A DNA stretch of 64,000 nt. Source: Octopus sinensis (lineage: Eukaryota). The position numbers and the translations under genes were made by a program. Location of the stretch: positions 66,836,001-66,900,000 of the forward strand of contig NC_043007.1 in the NCBI RefSeq assembly GCF_006345805.1, written 5' to 3'. Each line of letters opens with the position of its first letter. Positions within the stretch are counted from its first letter, which is position 1. Positions 48,858-62,470 of this stretch are shown here, piece by piece. The notes beneath the pieces are model-generated. The model made no database searches and was not told where the DNA came from. It was given only the letters and a program-made list of their open reading frames with translations.

Positions 48858-49851
48858 TAGAGTAACAATGGTGGAGAAGCTGCGGCCCAGGGGAACTTTC
48901 TGAATGGCACACCTAACGAAAAATTACCTGAAAGTTTTTTTTTTTTAGTAGTGCGGCCCGCCTAGTGAAGGTATATTTCTCACCCGACCCACTACTTGAA
49001 AAAGGCCGCCCTTGCCTGTTGAATAACAGAATTAAGCGATGTGACGGTGAAGGTTAGATAACAGAATTAATCTAAATAACGAGTGCTTTTTAACCCGAGG
49101 ATGTCTGTTTGCTGCTATCAGAATAAACTGTCGATGGAAAAATTAGAACACAGAGCATCTACTTGCAAAAAGTGAAATCCAAATCTCCTTCGACTCGCAT
49201 TCAATCGCCTAAGAGTATGCAGGTCACTTCACTACCGCGATGCTCGTAGACTAAAAAGACATACGTGTGGTTTCGAATTGGAAGCCTATGATCACAAATC
49301 TTGCTCCATCAAGGCTAACAAGAGAATAAATAACAATGAGAAGTAACAATGACAACAACCAACAACAACAGCTAACAACAATATGTAACGTTCAGAAACC
49401 AGATTAGTTCAAATAACAGGAATGATTTCCAAACAGATGGCGATTACATAATTTATAAACTTATGTCACATTCAATAAATACCTGTGTAATACCAGTGAC
49501 CACTTTGCCGATTTCTGAATGGCACACCTAACGAAAAATTACCTGTTTAAGAGAAGCAAATCACTATAAGTGTAAAAATTAGATGAAATGGAAAAATAAT
49601 GTCAGTGTTTTTATGTAAGAATGTTTTTGTAGTGCATATATTCTTTTTTCTTTTATTTGTTTCAGTCATTTGACAGCGACTTTAGTCGAACGAATCAACC
49701 CCGGGACTTATTATTTTTAAGCCTAGTACTTATTCTATCGGTCCCTTTTGGTGAACTGCTAAGTTACGGGGATGTGATCACACCAACATCGGTTGTCAAG
49801 CGATGGTGGGGGACAAACACAGACACACGAACAGATAATATATACACACAC

Positions 49852-49879
<28 letters not shown>

Positions 49880-49903
<24 letters not shown>

Positions 49904-50220
49904 AAAAAGTAAAAAATATATACAAAAACGGGACAAGAACGTGAAACACCTAGAAGACGACACAAGAACCACAGGACAGGACATTCGAAGCCCTCAGTCA
50001 TCAGTCAAGAACCGGATCATCTTCGCAATTTCGGCTGATTAATCTTGAGATTGCTCCGACCTGGGCAGCCACCAAGGGAAATCTAAGCCAAGCGCATTAG
50101 ATCCCTTGGAAGAAAGCCTCGAATGTATACAACACAAGGACGGAAAACGGACGATGTACACGGATAAAAATACAAAAATACGTGAAAACAATAAGGAAAG
50201 CACGAATAAGAATACAAAAA
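49880..50220 (-). mobile_element. Unclassified dispersed repeat (also 50690-50750 and, on +, 58550-58715)
   Basis: Shared gccgaaattgc...gactgaNga...gttcttgtccc. Confidence 0.55.
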
Positions 50221-50756
50221 CGTAAAAACAATAATGGTAAAGATAAAAACAAAAACAGGACGTAGGACAAGGGTCTTTCGACAGGACGAGTTGAGTTTGG
50301 GGTTGGCTTGTAGAGGAGTGCCTTATGGCCACGGGAAACAACAAATACGTGTTGCTACAACGACTGCTGGATGCGAAAAGGCAAAACGGCAGTGGCTAGC
50401 TGGTCACGTGAGAACAAAAGAGAGAAGAAAGGGACAGATGAGGAGAGAGAGAAGGTGAACAGGGGAGGAGAAGAAAGAGACAGATCGAGGGAAGTGTAAG
50501 GTATGAGAGGCAGAGAAGCGTAGGAGGGGGGGCGGATGAAGAGAGAAAGAAAGAAAGAAAGAAGGGGAATAAGGGAGGAGAAGAGAGAGAGAGAAAGAGA
50601 CAGAGACAGAACAAGAGTCGTACCAATGTTAGAGAATATATACTTACGTATAAGGACAAAAGTGTGGGTACGGAGTCGCCATTATATATGTAAAAAGTAA
50701 AAAATATATACAAACTGGGACAAGAACGTGAAACACCTAGAAGGCGACATATATAT

Positions 50757-51245
50757 GTATACGACAGGCTTCTTTCAGTTTTCATCTACCAAATCCACTG
50801 ACAAGGCTTTGGTCAGCCCGAGGCTATAGTAGAAGACAGTTGCCCAAGGTGCCATGCAGTGGGACTGAATCCGGAACCATGTGGTTAGTAAGCAACCTAC
50901 TTACCACGAAGCCAATATAGGTGCAGGCGAGATTGCGTGGTAAGACGTTTACTTCCTAACCACATGGTTCTGGGTTCAGTTCCACTGCCTGGCACCTTAG
51001 GCAAGTCTTCTACTAAAGCCTCGGGCTGACCAAAGCCTTGAGGGTGCATTTGGTAGAGAGGAAACTGAAAGAAGGTCTTTCTTCCTACACCTCGATGCTT
51101 GGATTTTACATATACATACATGTGTGTGTGTGTATACTGTATTTGTCCCACCTCTACCGCTTGAAAACCGGTGTTGGTGTGTTTGCGTTCCCGTAACATA
51201 GCGGTTTGGGAAAAGAGAGCGACAGAATAAGTATCAGGCTTAAAA
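50757..51245. mobile_element. Head-to-head S2 SINE pair
   Basis: 50757-50912 (-) and 50917-51245 (+). Confidence 0.75.
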
Positions 51246-51485
51246 TAAAATAAGTGCTAGAGCCTTACATGACTATATGCATGCACATATACTTATCTAA
51301 TGCAATACAGTGCTTCTCAGAACTAGACGTCAGTCTGAGAGGATTACTCCAGGCGAACAGCGCAGTAATACGGCATTCTAACCACACATCCACGTCAAGT
51401 AGAACATAGAGATTGGCAAACACATGTATGCATGCATGTGCACATGTGTGTTTGTTTGCGTACACACACACACACACATATATAC

Positions 51486-51543
<58 letters not shown>

Positions 51544-51604
51544 ATACATAAAGAGACCGATAGAATAAGTGGTAGGCTTACAAAGAATAAGTCCTGGGGT
51601 CGAT

Positions 51605-51664
<60 letters not shown>

Positions 51665-51950
51665 CGAGGAGACGCATTGGCCCAGTGGTTAGGACAGCGG
51701 ACTCGCAGTCGGAGGATCGCGGTTTCGATTCCCAGACTGGGCGTTGTGTTTGTTTATTGAGCGAAAAAGCCTAAAAGCTCCATGAGGCTCCGGCAGAGGG
51801 TGACCCCTGTTGTACTCTTTGGCCTCAACTTTCTCTCACTTTCTTTCTGGTTCTTGAGTAACGCTGCGATGGACTGGCTGGGGGGAACACATACGCCATA
51901 GAAACCGGGAAACCGGGCTCATGAGCCTGGCTAGGCTTGAAAAGGGCGCA
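51665..51950 (+). mobile_element. tRNA-headed SINE S3b
   Basis: A-box tggcccagtgg, B-box ggtttcgattcc; second copy at 56340-56610 (-). Confidence 0.75.
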
Positions 51951-52110
51951 TAAATAAAAAAAAATGTATGTATGTATGTACGTACGTATGTATACATATT
52001 TACGTATATATATGTATCCGTATGTATGCAATTATTAATGTAGAAAAATCATCAGAAAACCCATTTCTATTCATTCTTTCAAATGTATATACATATATAC
52101 TCTCTCTTTC

Positions 52111-52326
52111 TCTCTTTTACTCTCTTTTACTTGTTTCAGTCATTTGACTGCGGCCATGCTGGAGCACCGCCTTTAGTCGAGCAAATCGACCCCGGGACTT
52201 ATTCATTGTAAGCCCAGTACTTATTCTATCGGTCTCTTTTGCCGAACCGCTAAGTTACGGGGACGTAAACACACCAGCATCGGTTGTCAAGCAATGCTAG
52301 GGGGACAAACACACACACATACACAC

Positions 52327-52368
<42 letters not shown>

Positions 52369-52533
52369 GACGGGCTTCTTTCAGTTTCCGTCTACCAAAT
52401 CCACTCACAAGGCATTGGTCGGCCCGGGGCTATAGCAGAAGACACTTGCCCAAGATGCCACGCAGTGGGACTGAACCCGGATCCATGTGGTTGGTTAGCA
52501 AGCTACTTACCACACAGCCACTCCTGCGCCTAT
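52111..52533 (-). mobile_element. SINE S2 full length
   Basis: Matches 48451-48857. Confidence 0.9.
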
Positions 52534-52803
52534 ATATGCATAAATGTATATATAAACATTAGTGTGGGTATGAAATTTTATTATGAATCACCCAGCACAC
52601 AGAAACAGCTGTTTGACTTATAACACCCTTCTCCCCTTTAATTTTCCCTGTACTTTGAACCTATTAATATAAATATCTAATTTTCATTCTTAGAAATTAA
52701 TCATCTGGAAGTATCCACCTTTTGCTTTCTCTCGTTTGGCCTGTATATACATATTTTTGTATTTCATACCTAAACTATTTACATTTAATATATTTGATGT
52801 ATT

Positions 52804-53028
52804 TAAAGGCAGCGAGCTGGCAGAAACGTTAGCGAGCCGGGCTAAATGCTTATCCGTTACGTTCTGAGTTCAAATTCCACCGAGGTCGACTTTGCCTTTC
52901 ATCCTTTCGGGGTCGATAAATAAAGTACTAGTTTGGCACTGGGGTTGATGTAATCGACTTAATCCCTTTGTCTGTCTTTGTTTGTCCACCCCCCCCCCCC
53001 GTGTTTAGCCCCTTGTGGGCAATAAAGA
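52804..53028 (+). mobile_element. SINE S1 with 17-bp TSD
   Basis: aatatatttgatgtatt at 52787-52803 and 53029-53045. Confidence 0.9.
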
Positions 53029-53381
53029 AATATATTTGATGTATTCAATTTGTTTGTCCGCATAATTGCCTCTATACCCGCTCAACTTGATCCCAAACTA
53101 ATATACTTAATATACTTAAATGTATATATACACACACACATATATATATATACATGTGTGTGTGCACATATATATGTGTGTATATGTATGTGCGCGAGTG
53201 TGTGTGTGTGTGTGACTGTCATAAAATGAGTGTTTTAACGTTTTCAATAATTAGCTTTAAAAACAAGAAAAAACTAACCATTACAAAACATACCCTCTTT
53301 TACAATGTGTCTGTCCTCCCTTCCCAGTCTCTCTCTCTTTCTCTCTCCCTTTCTCTCCCTCTTTCACTCTCACTCCCTCTA

Positions 53382-53422
<41 letters not shown>

Positions 53423-53761
53423 TTGCTCTATTTTCTTTTCTTTCTTTCCTTTACACCTTGCTTACAACTTGCCATCAGTCCAAATTTGGGAATTTGACCG
53501 CAGTAACATATTTCTATAAAATGTTCCTTTGTTGATACGTCGTTTTTAAGCATTTAATTGCACTTTCAAAATCCAATACTCTGGTTCCAAACAACCTGAA
53601 TGGTGAAACGTGCGTAGGATGCAAATATAGAAATTGTTGTTTATCATAACTTCTATATGTGCATATATAAAAAAAATGTATCAATACATATAAGCATATA
53701 TCTATGAATATATGTGTACGTACGTATAATGTGTGTAATATATATATATATATATATATAT

Positions 53762-53805
<44 letters not shown>

Positions 53806-54084
53806 AATATATATATATGTGTGTGTGTGTGTATACATACATATATATGTATATATATTTATACATACACACTCACACACACATATGTATAAGTGTTTTT
53901 TTTTTCTTTGTAGTCTAGTATGTATTCTATTGCACCCCATCCTAATGACGAATCGCTAAATTACAGGAACGCAAACAATGAGACACCGGTTATCCAGTAG
54001 TAGGAGGACAGCCAAACACATACACACACAGAGACTCGTATACAAACACATACATATCATAAACCCGCTTACATACATACATAC

Positions 54085-54525
54085 ACGGGTGACTGTGTGG
54101 TAAGAAGCTTGCTTCCTAACCACATGGTTCTAGATTCAGTCCCACTGCGTGGCACCTTGGGCAAGTTTCTTCCACTATAGCCCCGGGCTGATTAAAGCCT
54201 TATGACCGGATTTGGTAGATGGAAACTAAAAGAAGCCCGTCCTCTGTGTGAGTGTGTGTGTGAGTGTGTCTGTGTCTGTGTTTGTGTGTGCGCGTGTGTG
54301 TGTGTGTGTGTTCGTGTCTGTATTTGTCCGCCACCACTGCTTAACAACCGGTGTTGGTGTGTTTGTATTCCCGTAACATAGCAGTTCATGAAAAGTGAAT
54401 GATAGTAAAAGTACCAGGCTTAACAAAATGTAAGTACTGGGGTCGATCATTCGACAATAAAAATTCTTAAGCAGTGCCCCCAGCATGACCGCAGTCTAAT
54501 GGATGATGAAACAAGTAAAAAGAGA
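54085..54525 (+). mobile_element. SINE S2, older copy
   Basis: Both halves recognisable. Confidence 0.7.
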
Positions 54526-54531
54526 TAAAGG

Positions 54532-54581
<50 letters not shown>

Positions 54582-54642
54582 AAGATAGATAGATAGATTT
54601 ATATATGTACATATGTTATGTATGTGTATATATATGCATAAG

Positions 54643-54674
<32 letters not shown>

Positions 54675-55543
54675 ATTATATATATATATATATATATATG
54701 TACATATATATATATATATATAATATATATATATATATCTATATAATATATATAATAGATATACACGCACACATTAAACGTGTTTTGTTCGTGTTTTATT
54801 CATTGCATGTAAGTACGGACATGAGCAAAACACTGCAGTTTTTTGTTATATTTTGTACATGTGTGTGTATGCGCGCACACACACACACACATACACACAC
54901 ACACATACATACACACACACACAGTTGTTGTCCGATTGTCCGACGGTTCTTTGAACTCGTACGCAGTAGCCTATTGATTTAAAGCGACATTTGGCTTTTA
55001 TTTCTAGCATGTCCAACGAACACATAGAGAATCTCCCGTTGACAGGGTGTGTATTTTAAAAAAGATAAAATAAAATAAAATGAAAGAAAAAAAAGTACAT
55101 AAAAATTCCCTAAAGTCACAGTGACCTAAATCGTACAGATAGCTAGATACTATCACTCGAATATAACAATGCAAAAGAGTTGGTTCACATAATCATGATA
55201 TCGCCCCAACTTTCAAGATGGTGTCCTGCTCATTTATATATTGATGTATTTGTGTAATGTCCAATCAAAATAACGATTATTTTTTATTTATTTATTTATT
55301 TTATTCGTAATGCCTGACTTCTTAATCACACAATAACATTGCTTTGTGTGTTATTACAATCAGTCAAAACCTGGAGTAGCATATGTTTATTGTATTTGAA
55401 AAAATGTATAATTAAAATAAATATGCTAGTAAAAAAAGAAGGATAAAATGGGAAAAGGTCTTTGGTTTCACTTATACAAGCATAAAATAACACACAGAAG
55501 TATGCACATATACACTTCACATATTTGAGCAAAATTTACAAAT

Positions 55544-55910
55544 ATAGGCGCAGGAGTGGCTGTGTGGTAAGTAGCTTGCTAACCAACCACATGGTTCCGG
55601 GTTCAGTCCCACTGCGTGGCATCTTCGGCAAATGTCTTCTGCTATAGCCCCGGGCCGATCAATGCCTTGTGAGTGGATTTATATATATATGTGTGTGTTT
55701 GTGTGTCTGTGTTTGTCCCCCTAGCATCGCTTGACAACCGATGCTGGTGTGTTTACGTCCCCGTCACTTAGCGGTTCGGCAAAAAAAAGACCGATAGAAT
55801 AAGTACTGGGCTTACAAAGAATAAGTCCCGGGGTCGAGTTGCTCGATTAAAGGCGGTGCTCCAGCATGGCCGCAGTCAAATGACTGAAACAAGTAAAAGA
55901 GAAAGAGAGA
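55544..55910 (+). mobile_element. SINE S2
   Basis: Matches 48451-48857 with a short internal deletion. Confidence 0.9.
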
Positions 55911-56255
55911 ATCTCTAAATAAATAGGCGTTACATAACTATGCATAAACACACAAACATGTGCAAGCACGATACGTAAGAAGTCTGCGAAACTGTTAGTC
56001 GTATACAGCCGAATCAAACTTTTAAATAGTAATACATTTAGCTCCTAGTAAATGTGTTCTTCACACACTCATATCATATATACTTGAATGTATGTATGTA
56101 TGTATGTATGTATGTATGTATGTATGTATGTATGTATGTATGTATGTGTGTATGTGTGTATATATATGTTTGTATATATGTATGTATTTTTGTTGTTTGT
56201 TTATATGTATATGTATGAATGTGTATATTATATATATATGTATATATATATATAC

Positions 56256-56330
<75 letters not shown>

Positions 56331-56339
56331 ATTATTTTC

Positions 56340-56610
56340 GCCTTTTCGAGCCTAGCCAGGCTCATGGGCCTGGTTTCCCGGTTTCTGTGGTGTATGTGTT
56401 CCCACCAGCTGGAGGAGACGCCAGTCCATCGCAGCGTTACTCAAGAAACAGGAAGAGAGTGAGAGAAAGCTGTGGCGAAAGTGTACAACAGGGGTCGCCA
56501 CCACCTCCTGCTGGAGCAGGATGTGTGTGTTTTCGCTCAATAAACACACACAACGCCCGGTCTGGGAATCGAAACCACGATCTTAACCACTAGGCCATTG
56601 CGCCTCCACA
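56340..56610 (-). mobile_element. SINE S3b
   Basis: Matches 51665-51950. Confidence 0.75.
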
Positions 56611-56675
56611 CATGCACGCACACACAACACACACACACACCACACACCACAACCACACACACACAACACAACACA

Positions 56676-56716
<41 letters not shown>

Positions 56717-57759
56717 GTATATAAATATATCATATAATTGAATAGGATATTTAAAATTTTTTTCTGGGAAAATTTTTTATCAATGGCCAGCATATCAAAA
56801 TACCTTTAAAGGTACAAAAAATTATACATAATTACATTTGTAGATTTTTCGTATGGCCTTATCTTGTAAATTATATATATATAGTTCGTTTTTGTTTTGG
56901 TGTGAATTTTATATTTATGTGAATTCGTGTGTTGAAGTATATTCTGTTGTTTCTGGAGAGTCATTCTCTTTTAGTACCTTATTATCTAACACACTCACCG
57001 GTAAAATTTCGACTTATTTCTTTTTTATTTTTCTAAAATTTTCGTTGCGTTTTGCAGCCTTTTCAATAGTTTTGACTCTGTCCGTTATTCACACTGCGTT
57101 CCTTTTTGTTTGTTTGTGCGCATGTGTGTGGATTATTGTGTGTGTCTATACATGCATGTGTGTATGTATGTATGTATGTATGTATGTATGTATGTATGTA
57201 TGTATGCATGCATGCATGCATGTATGTATGCATGTGTGTATGCATGTATGGGTGTGTGTGCATATGTATATATATATGTATATGTGTATATTTGTATGTA
57301 TGTATTCTGCATATACATGCTTGCGTGTCTGTGTTTGTGTATTTTTATGTATGTGTGTGTGCGTGAGTGTGTTTTTTGTATATGTGTGCGTGTACGTCTG
57401 TCTCCTTGTGTGCATGTCTGAGTATGTGTGTGTATGTATGAAGTTTGCACATACCGTTGTACCGTTTTGTATGTAGATTTGCTAAGGGATGATTGGGGAA
57501 AAGTTTGTTAAGTGTGTGCATATATATGGTCATGTGTTTCATCTTCATTTGTGTATGTGTGATTGTCTGTTCACATAACCTATGTACCTATCCATCTGTA
57601 TTGTTAATCTGTTTACTTTATATCCATATGCTTACATGCATGTGCATATACATATATATACATACACCCCCAAAATCACACATACATCAATCTCCATAAC
57701 AGCCCACTAACTATTTTACTCTGCTTGTGTAAACTGTGGGTATGGTGGTATGATATCTA

Positions 57760-57944
57760 CTATATATATTTCCTATTTAGTATTGGGTAAGTTTCATTTA
57801 TGAGGATGTACTTCTGTATTTGTCTGAGTGTTAGGTCCTTTGTGCGCTTGGATAAAATGCGGATGTGAAGTTGACCCAGGTTGCCTCCATGTTGGTAGAG
57901 TATGGGGAACTGTTTTTTGTCGTCATATTGTCTCAAATATTCAT
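57760..57944 (-). pseudogene. Probable PLE GIY-YIG C-terminal fragment
   Basis: HGGNLGQLHIRILSKRTKDLTLRQIQKYILINETYPILNRK. Confidence 0.5.
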
Positions 57945-57990
57945 TTAGTAGTATATATATAAGTAAAGTAGCTAGTTAGGAAATCTTTAT

Positions 57991-58447
57991 ACCGGGTGTA
58001 GACTGCATCGATAACCAGCACGAGGAGGCTCTTCCTGGGGTTAAAAATATTAGTAACGTCGAACAGCCATATTGATATGGGGATAAACATTACTTCTCAG
58101 TATATTTTCTACGTTCACCTCTTATAGAGATTTTCTAACACGCTGCTTTGCTTGCTGCAAGGTCAGTGACTAATAGTCGTTTGGTTTTCTATATATTGCG
58201 AGCTGGAGCGAATTCCTCTTATTTCTAACGGCCGGGTGTTCACCACTGATGATGGACACAAATAGCCCGAAACCGTTCGGTCTGGTGATCCCGTCGTATG
58301 ATAAAAGATGGTAGGGTTTAGCTCCCCTGCTTGCAATATATGCCGGATACAGATTGCATAGATAACCAGCTGGAAGAAGCTCTTCTTGGGGTTAAAAACG
58401 GTAGTAGCTTCAACAGCCATATTGATGCGGCGATAAATATTACTTCT
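57991..58447 (+). mobile_element. Retrozyme/pLTR-like unit: ~1.3 tandem copies, period 350-351 bp
   Basis: 57991-58097 repeats at 58342-58447 (gataaccagc 58010/58361; tacttct 58091/58441); HHR lies between. Confidence 0.75.
58228..58297 (+). ncRNA. Type I hammerhead ribozyme, predicted cleavage 3' of C58282 (GUC)
   Basis: tcacca-CTGATGA-t-ggac(acaaata)gccc-GAAA-cc(gttc)gg-TC-tggtga; distal helix I acgg(c)cggg/cccgtcgt beyond a tgt/t internal loop; one A.C mismatch in helix II. Confidence 0.85.
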
Positions 58448-58511
58448 TTCTATGTGTGTGTGCTCACATACGAATATTTACGCATATATATATATAATAA
58501 TATATATATAT

Positions 58512-58545
<34 letters not shown>

Positions 58546-59010
58546 CTATAAACTAGCCGAAATTGCAAAGATAATCTGGAACTCGACTGAGGAAAGAAAA
58601 CTGGGAATGACCCGTCCTTGTTTTCTTTGTATCGTCTATCTGGATGTTTTGTTGTCACCTTTTTTTTTAATCACCTAACTGTCTGGATGTTTTGCGTTCT
58701 TGTCCCATTTTGTATTTTATATATATAGCGGCGTACGTACACTTTGGTCTCTTATATGTAAGTATATATTTATCTAAATCTTGTACGACTCTGTTCTTCC
58801 TTCCTTTCGTTATTCTTTCCTTCTTTCTATCAGCCCTTTCACACTTACTTCGTTCATTCCATACTTCGTTCTTTCTTTCCCCCTCTCTCACATGTTCTTG
58901 CCTTCTCTTCATGCTAACTTTCCCTCCTCTTTTCACTTCACTGTGTCTCTGCCATTTTTCTCGCCCTTCCTTATTTCTTCTTTTTCCTCTCCTCTACCTC
59001 TCTCTCTTCT

Positions 59011-59110
59011 NNNNNNNNNNNNNNNNNNNNNNNNNNNNNNNNNNNNNNNNNNNNNNNNNNNNNNNNNNNNNNNNNNNNNNNNNNNNNNNNNNNNNNNNNN
59101 NNNNNNNNNN
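59011..59110. other. Assembly gap (100 N)
   Basis: Direct reading. Confidence 1.
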
Positions 59111-59223
59111 TACATACATACATACATACATACATAATACATACATACATACAAATATGCATGCATGACTGCATGCATAACAGACATACGTACATGCATA
59201 CACATGTACTCATATAATATATA

Positions 59224-59279
<56 letters not shown>

Positions 59280-59361
59280 CATATGTAAACACGTGCTTGC
59301 ACACACACACACACACACAACACACACAAGCGCGCGTACTATGATGAATGAATGGATAGAC

Positions 59362-59395
<34 letters not shown>

Positions 59396-59437
59396 GCAGG
59401 CAGGCAGGCAGGCAGGCAGACAGACAGACAGACAGAC

Positions 59438-59479
<42 letters not shown>

Positions 59480-60305
59480 ATCGGACCAAAGAGATTCTCA
59501 GAGATTTCGTTCTCAATTAAAGGGGCGAACTTTAAACTTCTGATTCACCTTCTTCTTTTCCGAAACAAACAAGATAGAACAAAGCAGTTCTTCCTTTACC
59601 ATTTTTTTTTTTTTTTGGTTCCTTTTTTGGTTCCTTTTCTTCCCTATCCCCTTTTCCTTTCGTGAATGCCGGTTCATTAGGTAATAACCCGTCTCTAAAG
59701 TATATTTAATCACACCAACATCGACGCTTCCTTCACCTCAACGTCAAACCTTCGCATAGCAAAGCCGAACAGTTATCAAACGGCATAACTCTTTCGAGTT
59801 CTCTGCCTCTCTATATCAGACTCTCTCTCTTTCTCCCTCTCTTTCTTTCTTTCTTTCTTTCTTCCTCTCTCTCCCTCACGTATACACACACACATGCACG
59901 CATACAAGTATTTTATATATGTAATATGTATCTACATATATATATATCCACATTATATATATATATATATATATATCCACATATATATCCACATATATAT
60001 CCACATATATATGTATGTGTGTATGTATGTATCTATGTATGTATGTATAATATATATCCGCAACATACATACATATATGTATGTGTGTGTATGTGTGTGT
60101 GTATTTGTTTGTGTATATGTGCGTATGTATACGTGGTGTGTGTGTGTCTGCGTAATATATATATATATATATATAATATATATATATATATATACATACA
60201 CACACACAGTTATATTTCCATATACACATACTTACATTTGGGTATACATAATTGTCTGCTTCCACGTATATGTGTGCGCGTCGGTGCACGCATGCGTGTG
60301 TCTAT

Positions 60306-60346
<41 letters not shown>

Positions 60347-60464
60347 CACATACACATACACTCACATACAGCGACACACATAACACACTCATACACGACA
60401 ATGCACGCGCGCGCACGAACATAGACACCGTCCCACCATGACTTGTATGTCGTTATACTCTCCC

Positions 60465-60513
<49 letters not shown>

Positions 60514-60917
60514 ACCATTTTTCTCTGGCTGCCCCAGGGCGTGAATGGAATGGTCACTCACCAGAAATAGCCAAGTCTTTTGATATAGTGTTGACTAATC
60601 GCTGTTATTTGTAATAATGCTTTGTCGCTATCGCCACCGACGGGTTGAGATGAAAAATGGGGGAGGAGGGAATAAGGTTCGAAGACAATGCATGTGCAGG
60701 AAGAGAAGGAGGAGGAGGAGGAGGGAGAGGAGGAAGAAGAGGATGAGGAGAATGAGGGGTAGGAGTTTGAGAGTGTCGAGCGAAAAGTGGAAGAAAATGA
60801 AAGGATAATGATGTGAAGTAGTAGTTGTAGTAGTTAGTAGTAGTAGTATAGTAGTAGTAGTAGTAGTTGGCGGTAGTAGTGGTGGTGGTTGTAGCTGTAG
60901 TAGTTGTTGATGTGAAC

Positions 60918-60975
<58 letters not shown>

Positions 60976-61147
60976 CACTAAGCAAGATTTTGGTACGTTA
61001 AAAATCTGGAACTACAACATTTATATGGATTCTTTGCACGATTTATGGCCAAAGTAATTTGCATATATGAAGCGAAAATAAACTAAAAGGTATAACACAG
61101 AGTGGTCAAAATAAGTATTATTATATTCATGATGATGGTGATGATAC

Positions 61148-61672
61148 TTAACTGATTGGAAGTGTTATCATGTATATGTTTTGTCTTGGTGTAAAAGATG
61201 AGCTACAGCAAATATTCTGCTCAATACCACAGGTTTGCTTGTCGGTTGCTTGACCTTAAACAGTTGAGTGTGTCCCTTAGTGGCTGGTACTATGTGCATC
61301 ACTGATCACGAGTAAAGGTAGTCGGGGAACATCATAGCCATGTGTCGAGAGAAGTTTTGGGGGTTTTAATAATTCATATCTGGAAACATGGGTGTTTCGT
61401 TCATCATCCATAAACAACCCTTATCCAGGGACCTTTTGAGCGGGATGGGCTACTCGACCTGAAGAAACTTCTAACTGCAAGGTCATGCGTTGCAAGGTCA
61501 TATTTACAAGGTCATGCGTTGTTTATCTTGACAGATCACCATGTCGTGCAGATATGGTAGTGATGCATGTGTCTGGTGCACCCTTACCAGAGTAGTAGTC
61601 ATGAAAGGTATACTGGGCTTCGTATACTTCTACCCCAGTGTTACTTTGATGGCATGCGCGGCTTTTTCTCAA
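61148..61672 (+). mobile_element. NC-TAA older copy
   Basis: Homologous to 40735-41260. Confidence 0.8.
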
Positions 61673-61821
61673 AAGTAATATCAAGATCGATGTAACTCTT
61701 CAAAAAGTAAATAAACAATAAGAAGCAGTCAAAATAATGCTCAATTCGTTCAATTCAATAAAGAGTCGATCTCGATCACAAGTCGCCTCGCACCTTCCAT
61801 ATTGTTTAATAATAGTAATAA

Positions 61822-62193
61822 CTAGCACTATAACCCGGCAACGCCGGATTATAGTGCTAGTGCATGCATATACAGCTGTGTGCGTGCGCACATACACGCG
61901 AGTACTGTCCAAATCTCCGACCAATCACATACAGCTAGCTGGCATTCAATTGGCGTATCAAGTTTCGGGCATTTTGATTGGGTTTTGGATAGAAAATTCA
62001 GAAAAAAGTCACTTCTATTGAATTTTTAATGGCTTTGTGGAGTGACTGGGGAAATGTAAAGATGTGCACGACCACCCTTGGACGGTTTTGAATGACCATA
62101 GAAAGTGCGAGCCCTCTAACTGAAAAATTGTGGATTTGTATAAAGGACACACACACACACACACAAACATTTTGCCGTTTATATAGAGAGAGA
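61822..62193 (-). mobile_element. Non-autonomous Helitron
   Basis: A|TC start, ccggc-gtt-gccgg hairpin about 10 nt before CTAG|T. Confidence 0.75.
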
Positions 62194-62274
62194 TGATGGA
62201 CTCTCCCGTCAAAGACGACATATGGGCGTTCAGCTTTTGCCGAATGACCTGCACAAATGATTTGTTTATAGTGG

Positions 62275-62460
62275 TCAAAAGTTCATGCAGCACAGAGGTT
62301 CACTCCATCAAATCGACACTGTCTGAACAGGTGCACGGTGTGACTGGCGTCAAGTGACGAAGTGATTGCAGAGCAACGTGAGATGAAGTGTTTTGCTCAA
62401 GAACACAACGCACCAGTCTAGGATTTGAAACCACGATATCACAACACCCTAACCACTAGG
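62275..62460 (-). mobile_element. SINE S3-like, decayed
   Basis: gagcaacgtgagatgaagtgttttgctcaagaacacaacg...ccctaaccacta. Confidence 0.6.
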
Positions 62461-62470
62461 CAAGAATAAT

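Noticed and set aside
48897-49545. 34-bp perfect direct repeat (48897-48930, 49512-49545)
   Set aside because: The first copy lies in hAT-MITE-like sequence; most simply two fragments of one repeat family, and too long for a TSD.
49981-50010. CTGATGA (minus) in a repeat whose second copy has CTGAGGA (about 58586)
   Set aside because: Followed by GAAT rather than GAAA, and no helix I or II pairing consistent in both copies.
56990-57085. ttgaaaaggct...agtcgaaa...accggt on minus, resembling 12321
   Set aside because: Long A-rich insertion and extra tttt after GAAA break the fold.
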